DNA from: Octopus sinensis
Taxonomy: Eukaryota
Direction of reading: 5' to 3'
Assembly: GCF_006345805.1 (NCBI RefSeq)
Contig: NC_042997.1
Span: forward strand, 93,496,001-93,560,000
Length of the DNA: 64,000 nt
In this document: in pieces, positions 1 to 14,600 of the stretch
Numbering within the stretch: the stretch's first letter is position 1
How the letters are laid out: each line of letters opens with the position of its first letter
Program-made: the position numbers and the translations under genes
The notes under the pieces: model-generated
What the model was told of the DNA's origin: nothing
What the model saw: only the letters and a program-made list of their open reading frames with translations
Databases searched by the model: none

Positions 1-4
1 ATAA

Positions 5-520
5 CAGTTATGTGACATAACAATTCTTACGGCCGTTTCTACTTCCAATGTCATTCAGTGCCAACAAAAGAATTTCGAAAATAATATTCTTCATCTTCAT
101 AGGATATTCAAACTAGAACATGAAGCTTCATCAGAGGGAATAAAAAAAGCATCCAAAAAGTAAGCAGAAGGAAGAGGGAATAGGAAAGAAAACATGGCCT
201 AGAGAAGAAACCTGGAGGCCTAATATATTAACATCATATAATCTTCCATCGTAGCCTACCAACTTTGAAGCCCTATGATGGAAGATTGTATGATTTTAAT
301 ATGTTAGGCCTCCAGGCTTCTTCTCTAGGCCATGTTTTCTTTCCTATTCCCTCTTCCTTTTGTTTACCTTTGGACGTTTTTATATTTACTCTGATGAATC
401 TTCATGTTCTAGTCCAAATATCTTATGAAGATGAAGAATATTATTTTCGCAATTCTTTCATAGGCACTGACTGGCATAGGAAGCAGAAACAGCTGTAAGA
501 ATTGTTATGTCACATAAATG
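5..520. mobile_element. Foldback / MITE-like element made almost entirely of two ~250-bp inverted arms
   Basis: 8-254 is the reverse complement of 273-517 (about 85-90% identity by eye) with an 18-nt spacer. Confidence 0.8.
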
Positions 521-809
521 AAATCTTATATCATGTTTTGTATTAAATAATATTAAGCTACAGATGTGGTCCGATTGATTTGTTGATTCAAGGTTTTCTC
601 CATTTTCTAATTATTTGAATTTGATTCCTGATAAACTTTCGTTTATTCTGTTGTTACCTGTATTCTATGAGCATAGTGTGCCTACATACCCATGCCCAAA
701 GATAACACAGGTAACTGATACCGATAGTAAATACAGATATTTTATCCCTTAGTCGGCTACTATAACCACTAACTCTGCTTACCTTTTATATATATATATA
801 CACATCCAA

Positions 810-935
810 AAAATGAAGGACAAACACAAAAAAACAACAACACAAGGATGTGGTACACGTAAAGTATTAGCAGACACTCAGGGAAGAAAGGTGGTTTTAC
901 GTTTCAAGCAAAGGTCTTCTTCAGAAACAGGAGAC
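810..935 (-). mobile_element. Penelope-like terminal-repeat relic with a degenerate minimal hammerhead motif
   Basis: Minus strand reads GTTT CTGAAGA AGACCTTTGCTT GAAA CG TA AAAC at 928-894; a related relic lies at 49120-49310. Confidence 0.45.
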
Positions 936-974
936 TCAAATAATATATATAAAATTAAATTCAATATATATATA

Positions 975-1491
975 TCTATATATATAAAACTGTAGTTGTG
1001 TGAGTGTCTGTCTCCTACGATTTAGATTCCTAACTCCTCCCACATTTTGCGGTGCAGTTTAACCAAATTCGGGTATCTTATAGTCGTGATTAATATCGAG
1101 CCCGTCTGGCTATTAGCGCACGTCTACGATGAGTCTACGATTTTTAAAATAATTTAACATCATTTTTTATTCCATTTTAATGCATAATTTTTCGTGTGTT
1201 GATGGCGGCGGAGTTGGCATCCACGCTCAAACACCTGCACCTGTGTTTGCTTCTCCCCCTTCTTCCCTCCCTCGTGAAGCTGTGGGGAAGGGAGTTTAAG
1301 GAAATCAACGTCGTAATGCGTTGTCAAGGAGACCAGCGTTCTTTTAGAACAACGACTTCATGGCTTGAAGACACCAAAACAGAAATGGCTAAGAAAGCCC
1401 GAATTGGCATCTATAAAGGAAGTAACTCTCTAAAAATGCTTATATAGTTATTTCCCTTACAAACCCGAGCAACGCCGGGCGATACTGCTAG
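975..1491 (+). mobile_element. Non-autonomous Helitron-like element, copy 1
   Basis: A|TC 5' end and CTAG|T 3' end, GC hairpin CCCGAGCAACGCCGGG at 1464-1479; homologous copy at 48666-49068. Confidence 0.8.
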
Positions 1492-1760
1492 TATATATAT
1501 ACAAATTGAGATAGGGGTTGTAAATGCAACCCTCCATGGGATAACATATATCCAATATACTGCTAGTGAAGTACCCAACAAAGTTAATACATAAATGTTA
1601 AGGATTGATATTTGATTTAGATGTATTTCTCCATTTTCTTATCTTGTATGTATATATATATATATATATATATATTGTGTATATATATATAGTTACATAT
1701 GTGTGTGTGTGTGTGTGTGTTATTTTTGTTTATTCTATATTCATTTTTGATTTCTTCCAG

Positions 1761-1908
1761 CAATTATATTCCTGGATACTGAAGAGATGGAAGATGAAGA
1801 AAATAGGAGATCAAAGAGAGAAACTAAACCCAAAATTCCAAAACACATAAAATATGAAATACGAATGAATATTGATTATGTACCAATGACTAGAAACCTG
1901 AGAGAACA
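1761..1908 (+). CDS. ABCA exon 1 in window (ECD1)
   Basis: ttccag| and |gtaaga; AIIFLD...[19 protein letters not shown]; phase 1 to 2. Confidence 0.9.
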
Positions 1909-4900
1909 GTAAGAGCATTTGTTTAGATGCAGATTTATATAACATTTTAAGATTTTATTGCAATCATCATCATTCTGATTATAATCACTATCAGTAGCAG
2001 CAACAGCAGCATTGCTTTAATGTTTTGTGGGGAGAGTTTTCTATGATGACATGAGCTAGGTCAGTCTGCTGGATTATATATCTACATCTTCCAAGAATAC
2101 AACAAAAATTATCAAATTTCAATGTTAATATAAACTGAAAATTCACATTGGTGGAAGGTGTCTTTTGGTAAGTACTAATGTTAGTAATGGTTGTCATCAA
2201 CTCTCTGAGAGTAAAATGTGATGCCAACTTAAGGTGTATATTCAATGGTGATTAAGAAAATGCTACTGATAAAGAGGATAACCACCACAAGATGAAAGGT
2301 AATTAAGTATGAAACTATTTGAGATAGCAGAGCTATGAGTGATTTCAAGAGCACTGTTGATACAGTAGACGGGTGTTGTAAAATCAATATTCAAAGAACT
2401 ATGTTTTGAGAACTGACTTAAGATTTGCATACTATTCTATAATTATAAAACAACATTGTGTTTACTGTTTGTCTATTTTTAAAAGAATACCTTAAGAAAT
2501 ATGAAATCTTTTGTAGATACTGGAGGCCTCGTCCAGAAGACAATTTAGCAACTGAAATGAAATATCTTCAAGGATTTATCCAGCTCCAAGATATGATTGA
2601 CAAAGCAATTATTGAGAGTCATATGGAAGAATTTGGAGCCAATGTTAGCATACCTGGAGTTCATTTGAAGCAATTTCCTTACCCCTGTCACATGAAGGAT
2701 GAGTTAGTATTTATTTAGTTTTTTTTTGTTGTCATTATTCAGTTTTTTTTAATATATATCTTAAGACTTTGATGCTTAATGTAAAAGCTGTACTAATAAC
2801 ATATTATAAATCTAAAATCTTCATTCCCTGTATACATGGCTAGATCAAGATAAATACATGAAGATTTCAAATGCTCCGTCAAAGAAAATTAATATTAGAT
2901 CAGTCTTTTTATTTCTTACTTTACAATACCTATTTCTTTACTACCCACAAGGGGCTAAACACAGAGGGGACAAAGAAGGTCAGACAAACAGATTAAGTCG
3001 ATTATATCGACCCCAGTGTGTAACTGGTACTTATTTAATCGACCCCGAAAGGATGAAAGGCAAAGTCAACCTCGGTGGAATTTGAACGCAGAACGTAACG
3101 GCAGACGAAATGCGGCTAGGCATTTCGCCTAGCGTGCTAACGTTTCTGCCAGTTCGCTGCCTTAATACTTTACAATACCAACAAGGAATAAGATCTTTTA
3201 CGCGGATATCAAGTAACATCATTACTAGCCACTTACCTGGCACACCTACCCATATATCCAAAGTTTCTAATTGTATAGAGATAAAAATCTTCAAAATTCT
3301 TCAACAAGTTGTATGTTGTGGTTACCCCCACAAAAAACAGTTCCATGTTGCAATTCAGTTTAAAGCAGCAGAATATCTCAGTTCAAACTGACCTCAAATT
3401 TGAAACTTTTGGAGAGAATTTTGCCATGACAACTGTGCTTTAGGCAAGGTTGCTGGAACAGTTTACTTTCCATTCAGAAGAATGTCAAAAATGTTGCTTC
3501 TTTAGAACCTATTCCTGCAAGTCACTATCTTAGACATTTGCTTTGTGTGAAATTTTTCTTTTCAATCTGAACTATGAATGTAACGAAAAAAAACTGTTTT
3601 CTTTTAGATATCTGCATATTGTCAGTAGCTATTTGCTACCCATCATGATGACTCTGGCTTGGCTGGCATCACTTGGCTTAGGTATACGTAATATTGTACA
3701 AGATCGAGCTGAAGGACAAGAAGAAGTAAGTCATGTTGTTAAATATATTCTATATAAGAGGACTCAGTTAAGTTTCTTATAAAGTAAAATAAGTTTTTTT
3801 ATAAATTAAATTGTCATAAGTATAGCTGTGTCATTAAGCAGTTCACTTCAAAAATGCAGTACATTGGACAAGTGTCTTCTACTATAGCCTCATGTCAATC
3901 AATGCTTTCTGAATGAGTTTGGTAGATAGAAACTGTGTGAAAGTCCATCATATATACGTGGTGGTGAGTTTGTGAGTATGTATATAAGTATCATTGTGTA
4001 TGTGTTAGTTTATTTACATTCTAATTATATAGTGATTCGACAAAAAAAGACTGATAGAAGTACCAAACTTAAAATAAGTACTGAGGTTGATATGACCAAC
4101 TAAACCCTTGATGACAGTAGCCCACCATAACTATAGTCCAATAACTGAAACAAGTATAAGAATAAAAGAATAACACCTTAAAGCAGTGATTCTTAACGTT
4201 TAGCAGTGCATCATGTCACCATATGAGTTTTCTCCCCAATAGTAACAGGGCAGTGGCAGGGAAGACAATTCTAGAGAAAATGCAGTGTGCTAAAGGTTAA
4301 ATATTTCTTCAGATCCCATTTTAGGAGAAGAAACATTTTCCAGATCTTAACCCTATAAAATCTAATTCTGTAGTGCAATATTTTTGGATTAAATGGAAAT
4401 GAATAATGCAACATCACAAAAACAAAATTTCTAGTGACCCTCTTTATATTACTGTTGTCATTAGCTACAAATCAGTTCTGATTGTGCTAAGCTCAAAGGC
4501 TTTCAGGCCATAACCATCGTTCACACATAAAGCATCTAGGGCTTTATACACTTCCTTTTTTTAAGACAGTGGTATGTTATTTTGGAAAGATTTGACCACT
4601 GTTTCAAGCAGGACAAATGTCCACATAGAAGCTTCCTTGTTACCTCAATCAGTTTTGATTTCTCCCATGTCTAACAATTTCGCACACACACACAGACACA
4701 CACATTCACTCAAGGGAGACGTGCATGCCTTACATGATACAGTATGTTTCCCTTTTCCCATGAATAGCCACTTGAAAGGAAAGTATAAAATTAAAGGGTT
4801 ATATTATTCCACTGAAACACGACAGAAATGTATTAACTGCTTCAGATGCTGTTACATTATTCTCTTTTTCTAGTACTCTATCAGTTGACAATAGATTTAA

Positions 4901-7900
4901 TTTCCTTTTAACGATTATTAATTAGTGGCAATCCATGTTACAAGCAAAAGTGAAAAAAAAAACTATTGGTGATATTTGATTTTTTTTAAATCTTTTCCAG
5001 GCATTACGTGTTATGGGAATGTATGGAATCATCAGCTGGCTAGCATGGATGATTTCTACAATGATTATCATGGCTCTAGTGTGCATCGTTGTCATCTTCA
5101 TCCTGCACTTCAGTACCATATTTATATTCAGCAACATACTTCTTATGTTCCTCTATTTCCTTACCTTCTGCTTTTCAACAGTCATGATGTGGTAAGTAAT
5201 ATTTTCTCAGTTTCTAATAACCACCACCACTTCTACTGCTCCTCCTCCTACTACTACCATTATTATAGTTTCAACATATTCATAGTTAATTATGCCAAAA
5301 TTGATCTAAATTAAACCCACCAAAGACCAATATAGACCCAAACCTCTCTGTAGTGGCAGAGATGATTCTGAACAGCTCCTGATTGGAATCACAATAGATG
5401 TATAAGTAAATATACACTATTTTTTCATGTTTCAGTAATTTTCACTATATTCAACTATTTATGAACTGTGTTTGCCACCCCAAGAATCAAAGAATGCAGA
5501 TTTTAAAATCTTCCATCATTAGCCCAAACTTCCCCTAAATAGTTCAACAAACTAGAAATAAAAGATGTAGAAAAATTTACTCAGAATCTAACTGCTTGCC
5601 TAATTTTTCTTTCATTAAATAGTAATGATAAAAGTGAAGTGATTAAAACTTGTAATTACTTACTCAACAACATAATTCTAAATTTGTACCTAAATATATT
5701 GTGTGCTGTATGAAGTCTTAAGAGATATTTACCTCTTTTCTTTTTCTAGTTATATGGTCAGTTCGTTCTTCAGCAATACAACTTTGGCAGTTCTCACTGG
5801 ACTTATCTTCTATTTGCTTTCTTATATTCCATACATTGTTCTACAGTCTCTAAAATTAGAGCTGAGCTTTTACCAAGTATTATTGGTTGTAAGTAAAACT
5901 TAATAATTATCTTGAATATTAGATGAATTTACTGTATATTAGACAAAAGCAATGGCTGTATATTTTTTCAGATATTGTTAGCAACCTTTCCAAAACATTG
6001 TATTATTACTGCAAGTATGGGAAAAACTATTTCAAGAAAACATGTTTCCTATATTTTCAGTGCCTCTCCTCTACAACAGCCTTTAGTTTTGGTTCTCAAT
6101 ACTTATCAAGATACGAAGAACAAATGGTTGGTCTTCAATGGAAAAACATTCATGAAAGTCCAATGGAAGGAGATGAGCTAAGTTTCTCATTTGCATGCAC
6201 CATGATGGCAATTGACAGTTTAATCTATTTTATAATTGGCTGGTACGTCAAAAGCATCATGAAAAGTAAGTTTTATTTAGTTGTCATTATTCTCCTGACT
6301 TTCTGTTCAAAACCCAGATAAACTAACTGCTAATCTGAATGATTCTGTAGAACAATAATGACTCCTTTAAACTATGCAGTTAGTACTCGGATAGTTTACT
6401 ACATCAGCTCCAATATATTATTACTACTTATTTTATCAACTTTAAAAGCATAGAAGGCAATGGTAACTCTTGGGATTTTAGCTAAGATCCCAGAAGGAAA
6501 CTAAATATGTGTTTTGCCTGATAAACTCCTGTTTTTTTTTTGCAAACATACCCTCATCTATAAAATAAACTATATGTTCTTACATTGAAACAAAGCACCA
6601 GACCAGATTTATATAAGATGGGAAGGGAGAACGTTGAAGTTTTAAATCTTTTACTAATATATTAGAACCATAATGGGAGTAAAATGAAAACAACTTATAT
6701 GTGAAATCACATTACAGCATATTTGATTTTATCGCTACATAGTCATACACAACATTTCTAATACATTGTACAGTTATATTATTATAATCAGACTTAGAGT
6801 GTTCTTCCTAGTTTTCCTTTAAAGCAATATGCATAGAGAAGTGTTTATGTTTTATATCTAGTAAAGAAAGTAAAGTTCCTTCCTGAGTCATATAGACTCA
6901 TAGGGCCAGTTTGCCAGTTTCCATGACATATATATTCCCCATCTTGATGTGACACCAGTCTGTCACATGATTACTCGTTTTTGCCAGCTGAGTGGAATGG
7001 AGCAATGTGAAATGAATTGTTTTGCTCAAGAACAAAATGTGTTGCCTGGTCTAGGAATTGAAGCCACAATCTTACAATCATGAGTCCAACACCCTAACTA
7101 CTAAGCTATGCACCTCCACTTTATATATAGCCTTCTAATTTATTATACTTTGCTTGAATTTGCATTAGATTAGATTATATTCAGATTACATCTAATGTTC
7201 TTCTATCTTATGATACCAGACGGTAACTTTAAAAACTTTGAAAAGCATTTCAGTTCCCCAACATAGCTTACTATAGTTGTACCATAGTATCACATGGAAA
7301 GTCACAGAAGTGGCTTTAACTCACTTTCACTAAATAGAGGTGAAGCTATAGAAATTTTGGTTTAGAATCATATAACCTCAGAGGAATTTTGGAGGCCATA
7401 AACACAACACTTACCCCAATATGCTAAACCAATTAAAAAAATTTAATTCTCAAAGTTAATAACAACTTCAATGCAATGAAATACCTACACTCAAGAATCA
7501 AGTATAGTTGGATACTTGGCATATCAAAAGTTGACCCTATATTCTCCAGTCTATTTACTTGTTTAAGGGAAACATTTCTCAAAGAGAATTCTACTAATGT
7601 TAAAATACAATCAACATTACCGGTGGTTAGTTTACAAATTTTAACTTTATTTTGAATTGTTTAGTATTTATTTATTATTATGAGCTTTGTATTCACTATA
7701 CTATGGAAAAATAAGGTATGATCTGGATTAGGATAACTTTTAAGTTATAATTTCGTTGTCTCTCTTTATGATGTAATTTAAGTTACTCTAGCAAATACTA
7801 AAGATACATCAATCTACCATATGATATGCATGTACTACGTTTGTTTGTTTTTCTTGTTTATTTTTGTAAATTCTTTTTTAACTTTTTGCCTACCCATATA

Positions 7901-8556
7901 AATATATATATACATACATGAAAAATGGCAGCCTAATGATGGTATACGTGTAGAAACATATATTGTGATGTATAAATGAAGCCTATGAATAGAGAGAAAG
8001 AGAGAAAGACACACACACATGCATATATATATATACGTAAATATAAGAGAGTTACCGTTAAGTGGTTAACTCTAGTGCTAGAAATAGCTCCTTATTCTAG
8101 TATAGCCACCGAAGTTGTTTCCACAAATGGTTTTTTATGTGCTAGGCCACTTGGTGTTAAACTGATGGTATTATTAAATTAATATCTAATTTTTCACCCT
8201 CATTTATGAATTTATAAATTTAATATACTACACTAAATATTGTGTGCAGTACTCATTTCCACTAAGTCTTACCATGCTTTTTGGCGGGGAAGCTAAATCA
8301 CAACTATGTATGCAATCGATTGGACTGCATGGGTATTTATCGCCCGTGTGGGTCTAATAAATTGTATCGAAAACAAATGCTGCTGATGATTTATAGATAA
8401 ATATGTGAGTATAATTGCATATTATGTTGATAAGCGCAGGAGTGGCTATGTGGTAAGTAGCTTGCTTACCAACCACATGGTTCCGGGTTCAGTCCCACTG
8501 CGTGGCATCTTGGGCAATTTCTCCATTTTTTTATTTTTCTTATACATAAATAGTTT

Positions 8557-8600
<44 letters not shown>

Positions 8601-11600
8601 ATATATACAGACATACAATATATATGGCATTAAGATTAGGAAGGGCATCCAGTTGTAGAAACCATGCCAAATCAAACTGGAGTCTGGTGCAGCCCCTCAG
8701 CTTACCAGCTCTGGTCAAACCGTCCAATCCAGCATGGACAATAGACGTTAAATGATGATGATGATGATATTTATAAATTTCCATATGTTTTTTACTTTGC
8801 AGAGAAGTATGGCATCCCTAAACCATGGTACTTTCCTTTCTACCCAAAATACTGGGGTCTTGAAGGGGCCAACTCTTTGAAGCATTACTCTTCATCTACA
8901 ATTGCACCTGACACATTCTGTAAGTGATTTTTCTCTTGTTTTGTATTTTATGTTTTTGTTCAAATATTGCTTTACAATATTTAATGAAATATCAAGACAA
9001 GAAACTGCTTCTGGATTAGCTAAAATAATATTTTTTAAGTAGAATATTCAGAATGTTCTTGGGATAGTTTAAATTGTTGCAAGTCTCCACCTAGATTTCT
9101 GATTTAGAACTGCAGCCTAATTATATCTCCATAAGAGATATTCCTAACTCCATGAACCTAATTATATCACCATAAAAGACATGAGTACCTACGTAAATGT
9201 TTATTGACCAATCAGTATTGGTTGACATGTAGTAATTAGCAGTGGCATCATTAAAGAAGGTTTTGTAAATTCCCATCAAGTTGTATTTTCAAAGGTTCTA
9301 GAAGCTTTTCTTGTGGTCATAAAACCCTGGAGTATCGATCCCTTGAGCAGAGCCACTTTAAATGATACACAGATCTCTGCTACTTTGTTCCATGAGGAAG
9401 TCTTTATATGGTCACTCAGTATTCTAGAAATAGCAATAGTAGTCAAATCTCTTTTAACTCAAACTCCCATCATTTTAAAATATGATATATTTGACATGAT
9501 GGTCAATATTCCCTGTACATTGGAAGAAGTTGGGGTGAAAATGGCTAAGATAATTTGATCATAGAGCTGTTCAGTTAAGGCTGACTTTGACTCAACAGTA
9601 TCAACTGACAGCACACATTATTCCCTCATCCAAACTTCATCATCCAAGTACATCACATGCCCATACTATGTCAATTTTCTCTTCTGCACACTTCAACTGT
9701 TGTTTAATGTCCAGGTATTCTGTGTTAAATATTAGGTTGTCCAAAAGTTCGTAAACACTTGCGAAAATTGAATTTTTACTTGCCAAGTACGAACAAAAAC
9801 AACAAAAATTATTCCTCAAAATAAAGACCATTATTTTCCAAGACTTTCTACGAACTTTGGGGATAACCTTATACTTGTAAATCTTTTGTTTTCAGAAAAA
9901 TAAAATTTAGTTGAAGTTTTTATTTTGTATAGTAAATTAAATAAATAACTTTAAAATATTTGTCATTGTGTTCTCATTTATAAGATTCCTCGGATGTACT
10001 TTATGAAAACCGTCCTGCAAAAGGACCAGTTGGCATTTCTTTGATGAATTTGTCTAAGAGATATGGTACTGAAACAGCAGTGCAGAATTTATCCCTTAAA
10101 TTTCACAAAGGTGAGATAACAACAATTCTTGGACAAAATGGAGCTGGAAAAACTACAACATTGTAAGTTACATAATTAATCTATATCAAAAGCCCTTTTT
10201 TTTTTATTATTGTTACCATAATGTGAAATCCTACCAGAGTAAAATTTACTATTTTTCTATCTAGGTTTGATAAATGAATATTGTGGATATTAAACAGAGA
10301 TTGATATTTTTAATCAAATATGCAAATACAGACATGAAATCATGTGTAATTAATAAATCATTGGCATCTTTGTACAATGAGTGAAAGATTCCTATCAAGC
10401 TAAAGTTGCATTCTGGTTTCATTTCTCAGATCTGCCTTATTTTTTATTTCTTTATTGCCACACGGGGTTAAACATAGAGGGGACAAACAAGGACAGACAA
10501 AAGGATTAAGTCAATTACATTGACCCCAATGCATAACTGGTACTTATTTCCTCAACCCCGAAAGGATGAACGGCAAAGTCAACCTCTACGGAATTTGAAC
10601 TCAGAATATAACAGCAGACAAAATACCGCTAAGCATTTCGCTCGGTGTGCTAACGATTCTGCTAGCTTGCCGCCCTTATTTGAAACCTTAAAATACTTTA
10701 AAAAATATCAACTCATTGCCACTTCCCATTTCACCACAATAACTCCATAGTTCAGTTGGAAGATATAAACTCATTTTTGCTTTTATATTTAAGCTTCTCG
10801 CCATCCAAACGTGGCTGTTGCCAGCACCACCCCGACTGGCCTCCGTGCCGGTGGCACGTAAAAAGCACCATCCGATCGTGGCCATTTGCACATAAAAAGC
10901 ACCCACTACACTCACAGAGTGGTTGGTGTTAGGAAGGGCATCCAGCCATAGAAACATTGCCAGATCAGACTGGGCCTGGTGCAGCCTTCTGGCTTCCCAG
11001 ACCCCAGTTGAACTGTCCAACCCATGCTAGCATGGAAAGCGGACGCTAAACGATGATGATGATGATGAATTCTTCCAACAAACTATAATCACCAGAAACC
11101 ATTAAATCTTATATGTTTTCTCAATCTTATTGCCCTTCAACTGTACTTTAGATATAAATTTCACACTTCATTAAATGACCATAGTGTTGGGATACCTAAT
11201 TATTCATTTGGTTATTTTAATACTCATTTTTTTTTCATCCCATTTCAGTAATATGCTAACTGGCTTGATGGAGTCAACAACTGGTATTGTAGCATTCTAT
11301 GACTCTGAGAAAGGGAAAAATAATAGTTGGCTTGGCATCTGTCCTCAACAAAATATTTTGTTCGAGTAGTAAGTATAGTTTGCTTCTTTTCATTTTACTT
11401 ATGCTATTGGCTGCTTTCTTGTTCATGATTTTGTACTGTTCTGTTTACCATTATTAAGAAGTACCTTAGTGCAGTAAAACCTATTCCATTTTTTAAATAA
11501 TAGACATATATAGTAATGATCTTTAGCTTATGCACAGAACCCACAAACTATCAGAGAGGATGTCATCAATATGACTGATATAATTACTTATTTTACTGAC

Positions 11601-14600
11601 AGTTTGCTTCTAGTTCTGCTACCAACATCCCCATTGTGTTATTACAAAATTTGTGAACATCTCATATGATAAAAACAGAATTTTCCCGTAAGTTGGGATA
11701 TGAAATTGAATTGCAAATGAGAGTCATCAACTGCCTTATCTGATGTATGATAATGCAGTTATAATGATCCTTATGCTCATTATGGTTCATAAGATCATTA
11801 TCATTATAATCATACAGAGATAAAATATCCAATTTAGAGTTCTTTCAAATAAATCTGTAAGTTAAATAAAACTCAGACTCATTGTAATTCCAAACTATAA
11901 TCCTGTTTAATTCCTTTTATTTACAGCATGACAACAGAAGAACACATCCGATTCTACATCAGTATTAAAACAGGATGGCAGGGAAAGAAATTAGAGAGAG
12001 AAGTTCGCTCGTGAGTTTAGTATTTGTTTTTACCTTTGAATTCAAGGAAATCACTATGTTGTATACTTAATTATTTGATTTCACTAAATTGTTTCATTGT
12101 TTGAACTTGTACTGTGCATTCTCACTGCTTTATTGTTCAACCTTGTTGTATTGCCAGTTGATTCTTCTGACAGTACAATCCCATCTTGGTGCATGATTTG
12201 TTTGATCTGATTACCTATCTGTTGTGTGATCACTGGTGATTATGACTGCTTTCATAGTAATTCACCTGTCATCTTCTAGACAACCCTTTAAAAGTATGAG
12301 TATATGCAATTATGAAGGCTGCTTGTTAGAGGGGTTTTTTTTTTTGGTTTTTGTGTTATTGGTTTTTGCAAATTATTACTGACACTCTCTTAGGGACTTG
12401 TAATTATTTCTCAAAAGGAAAAACAGCTCAAGCTGGATATGAGTTGTAGTATTTACAATGGCTGGCTGAAAGCTGCTACAAATTACAAGCAGACATCCAC
12501 CCTCAATGTTACCACATTACATGGCTTCTTTTAGAGTTTTCTTTCTTAGCCCTTGGCTTTACCAAGAACTAGTCAATGGTTTAACTATACAAGACAATTA
12601 TGCTTAATTCCCTGAGGTATTGTATACCAGCATATCTTTCTGGTTTTATTGTGTATTTAATTACGTAGCCTATCTACAGATAATCTACTTTCTATTGTTT
12701 TATTTCACTGTGCCGTGTTGTTCATCCAATCATTCATTTATTCGATAATGATCGTTAATTTATTCACGCACGTAAGTTCAATGATTATTCAACAAAAGAG
12801 TATAATGGATGTTTGCTTTGATGATGTGATAAAGTCTCTGCAAACCAAGTTCTCAAACTTCTTTCAAATCCATTTCTATTTCCCAAGAATATTAATTTAT
12901 GTTACAAATACTCTTGTGAAAGATAAACTTCATGACCTTCTGTCCTTCACATGAACTTGACAGCTTACATAATTTGCTCTTACCAACTAAAGTGAAAATA
13001 AATACCAATCCCACTTTACATGTAAGAGCTAGAAACCCAATTCCTGCAACTGATGGCCAATTCTAAGTCATGCTGTTTTTATTTTTACTTATGCACCCTT
13101 TTCAAGCCTAGCCAGGCTCATGGGCCTGGTTTCTCGGTTTCTATGGCGTATGTGTCCTCCCCTCCCCTCCCCAGCTGGACGGAACGCCAGTCCATTGCAG
13201 CATTACTCAAGAAACAGGAAGAAAGAGTGAGAGAAAGTTGGGGTGAAAGAGTACAACAAGGGTCGTCATCACCCCCTGCCGGACCTCGTGGAGCTTTAGG
13301 TGTTTTCGCTCAATAAACACACACAACGCCCTGTCTGGGAATCAAAACCGTGATCCGCTGACCGCAAGTCCACTGCCCTAACCACTGGGCCATTACTCCT
13401 CCTAAGTCATGCTGTGCATGACTTAAAATTCATAGACATATTTAATACATGTTTACATCACACAAAATGTATATTGTCACCATTAAGAAAATGAATATTA
13501 ATGTCTTCTTTTTTTCCATTTCCAGTATTCTAAAAGATGTTGATCTCCTACATATGCGTAATACACCTGCAAAACAACTCTCTGGTGGAATGCAAAGACG
13601 TCTCTGTGTGGCTTTAGCATTTGCTGGCAAATCTAGTATTGTTGTTCTTGATGAACCTACAGCTGGTGTAGATCCAAGTGCAAGACGAAGCATCTGGGAC
13701 CTCATTCTTAAATATAAGAATGGTTTGTAGTCTTTCATTTGATCTGTGTGTTAGCATGTGTCAATGTATGTTTGTTGTTGTGTATCAGTATTACTAAGCC
13801 CGCAATTCAGACTTGATTTGTCAGACCTAAGACCAGAGACATTCCATCCATGACCATCTGCCTTTTTTTATACATAATGTATCTAGAACTACATCGTCTA
13901 CCATGTCTTTCTTTTTTAAGGTGGGAGAATGTGAGTTAAGATACATTTTACTTTTATCTTTAGCCGATGGATTGACTAAATCGGAGTTCCTTCATTGGCT
14001 CACTGACCACGTACAGGTTTCTTTATGTGTCAGTATATGAATCTTAGTCAGTCCCATTGTACTATGTATCATGTATCATTGCAAATATCAAATAAATAAA
14101 TAAAATGTTCTTGTTATTAACATACAGAATACCAGTTCTTTTTCTTTTATCTTAAACCAAAGAAAAGAATGCATTTCTCCATCTTACTAACTTGCAACAA
14201 CTCAAACTAAGCATCATCTGTATTAACTTCATGTTCTTCTCTCAGTTTGTTAGTCTAAGAAAATCTAAGTAAGGCTCCATACATTTTGATTCTTCTTCAA
14301 ACTATGAGATTACAAAAAAGTACTTGCATAAAAAATTATTTATATATTTATATATATTTCAAGAGTACTGTAATTTACTTGAAGCATTGTAATGTATAAA
14401 TGACATTAATTCTTTTAAAAAAAGTTTTTTATTAATGAAGGTGAGAAGTTAGACAAAATATTAAGCAAAAGATGTATTACCATACATAGGTTGTTGAATG
14501 CTTCTGTTATATTTGGGGAAAGATTCCCCTTTTCAACTATAAAAAAGAAAATAATCTAAGAGTAATAACACTCGTAAATAACACTAGGAGGGGAGAAGGA

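Noticed and set aside
391-440. Hammerhead at CTGATGA within the foldback (also 54360)
   Set aside because: No correctly placed GAAA or stems I and III.
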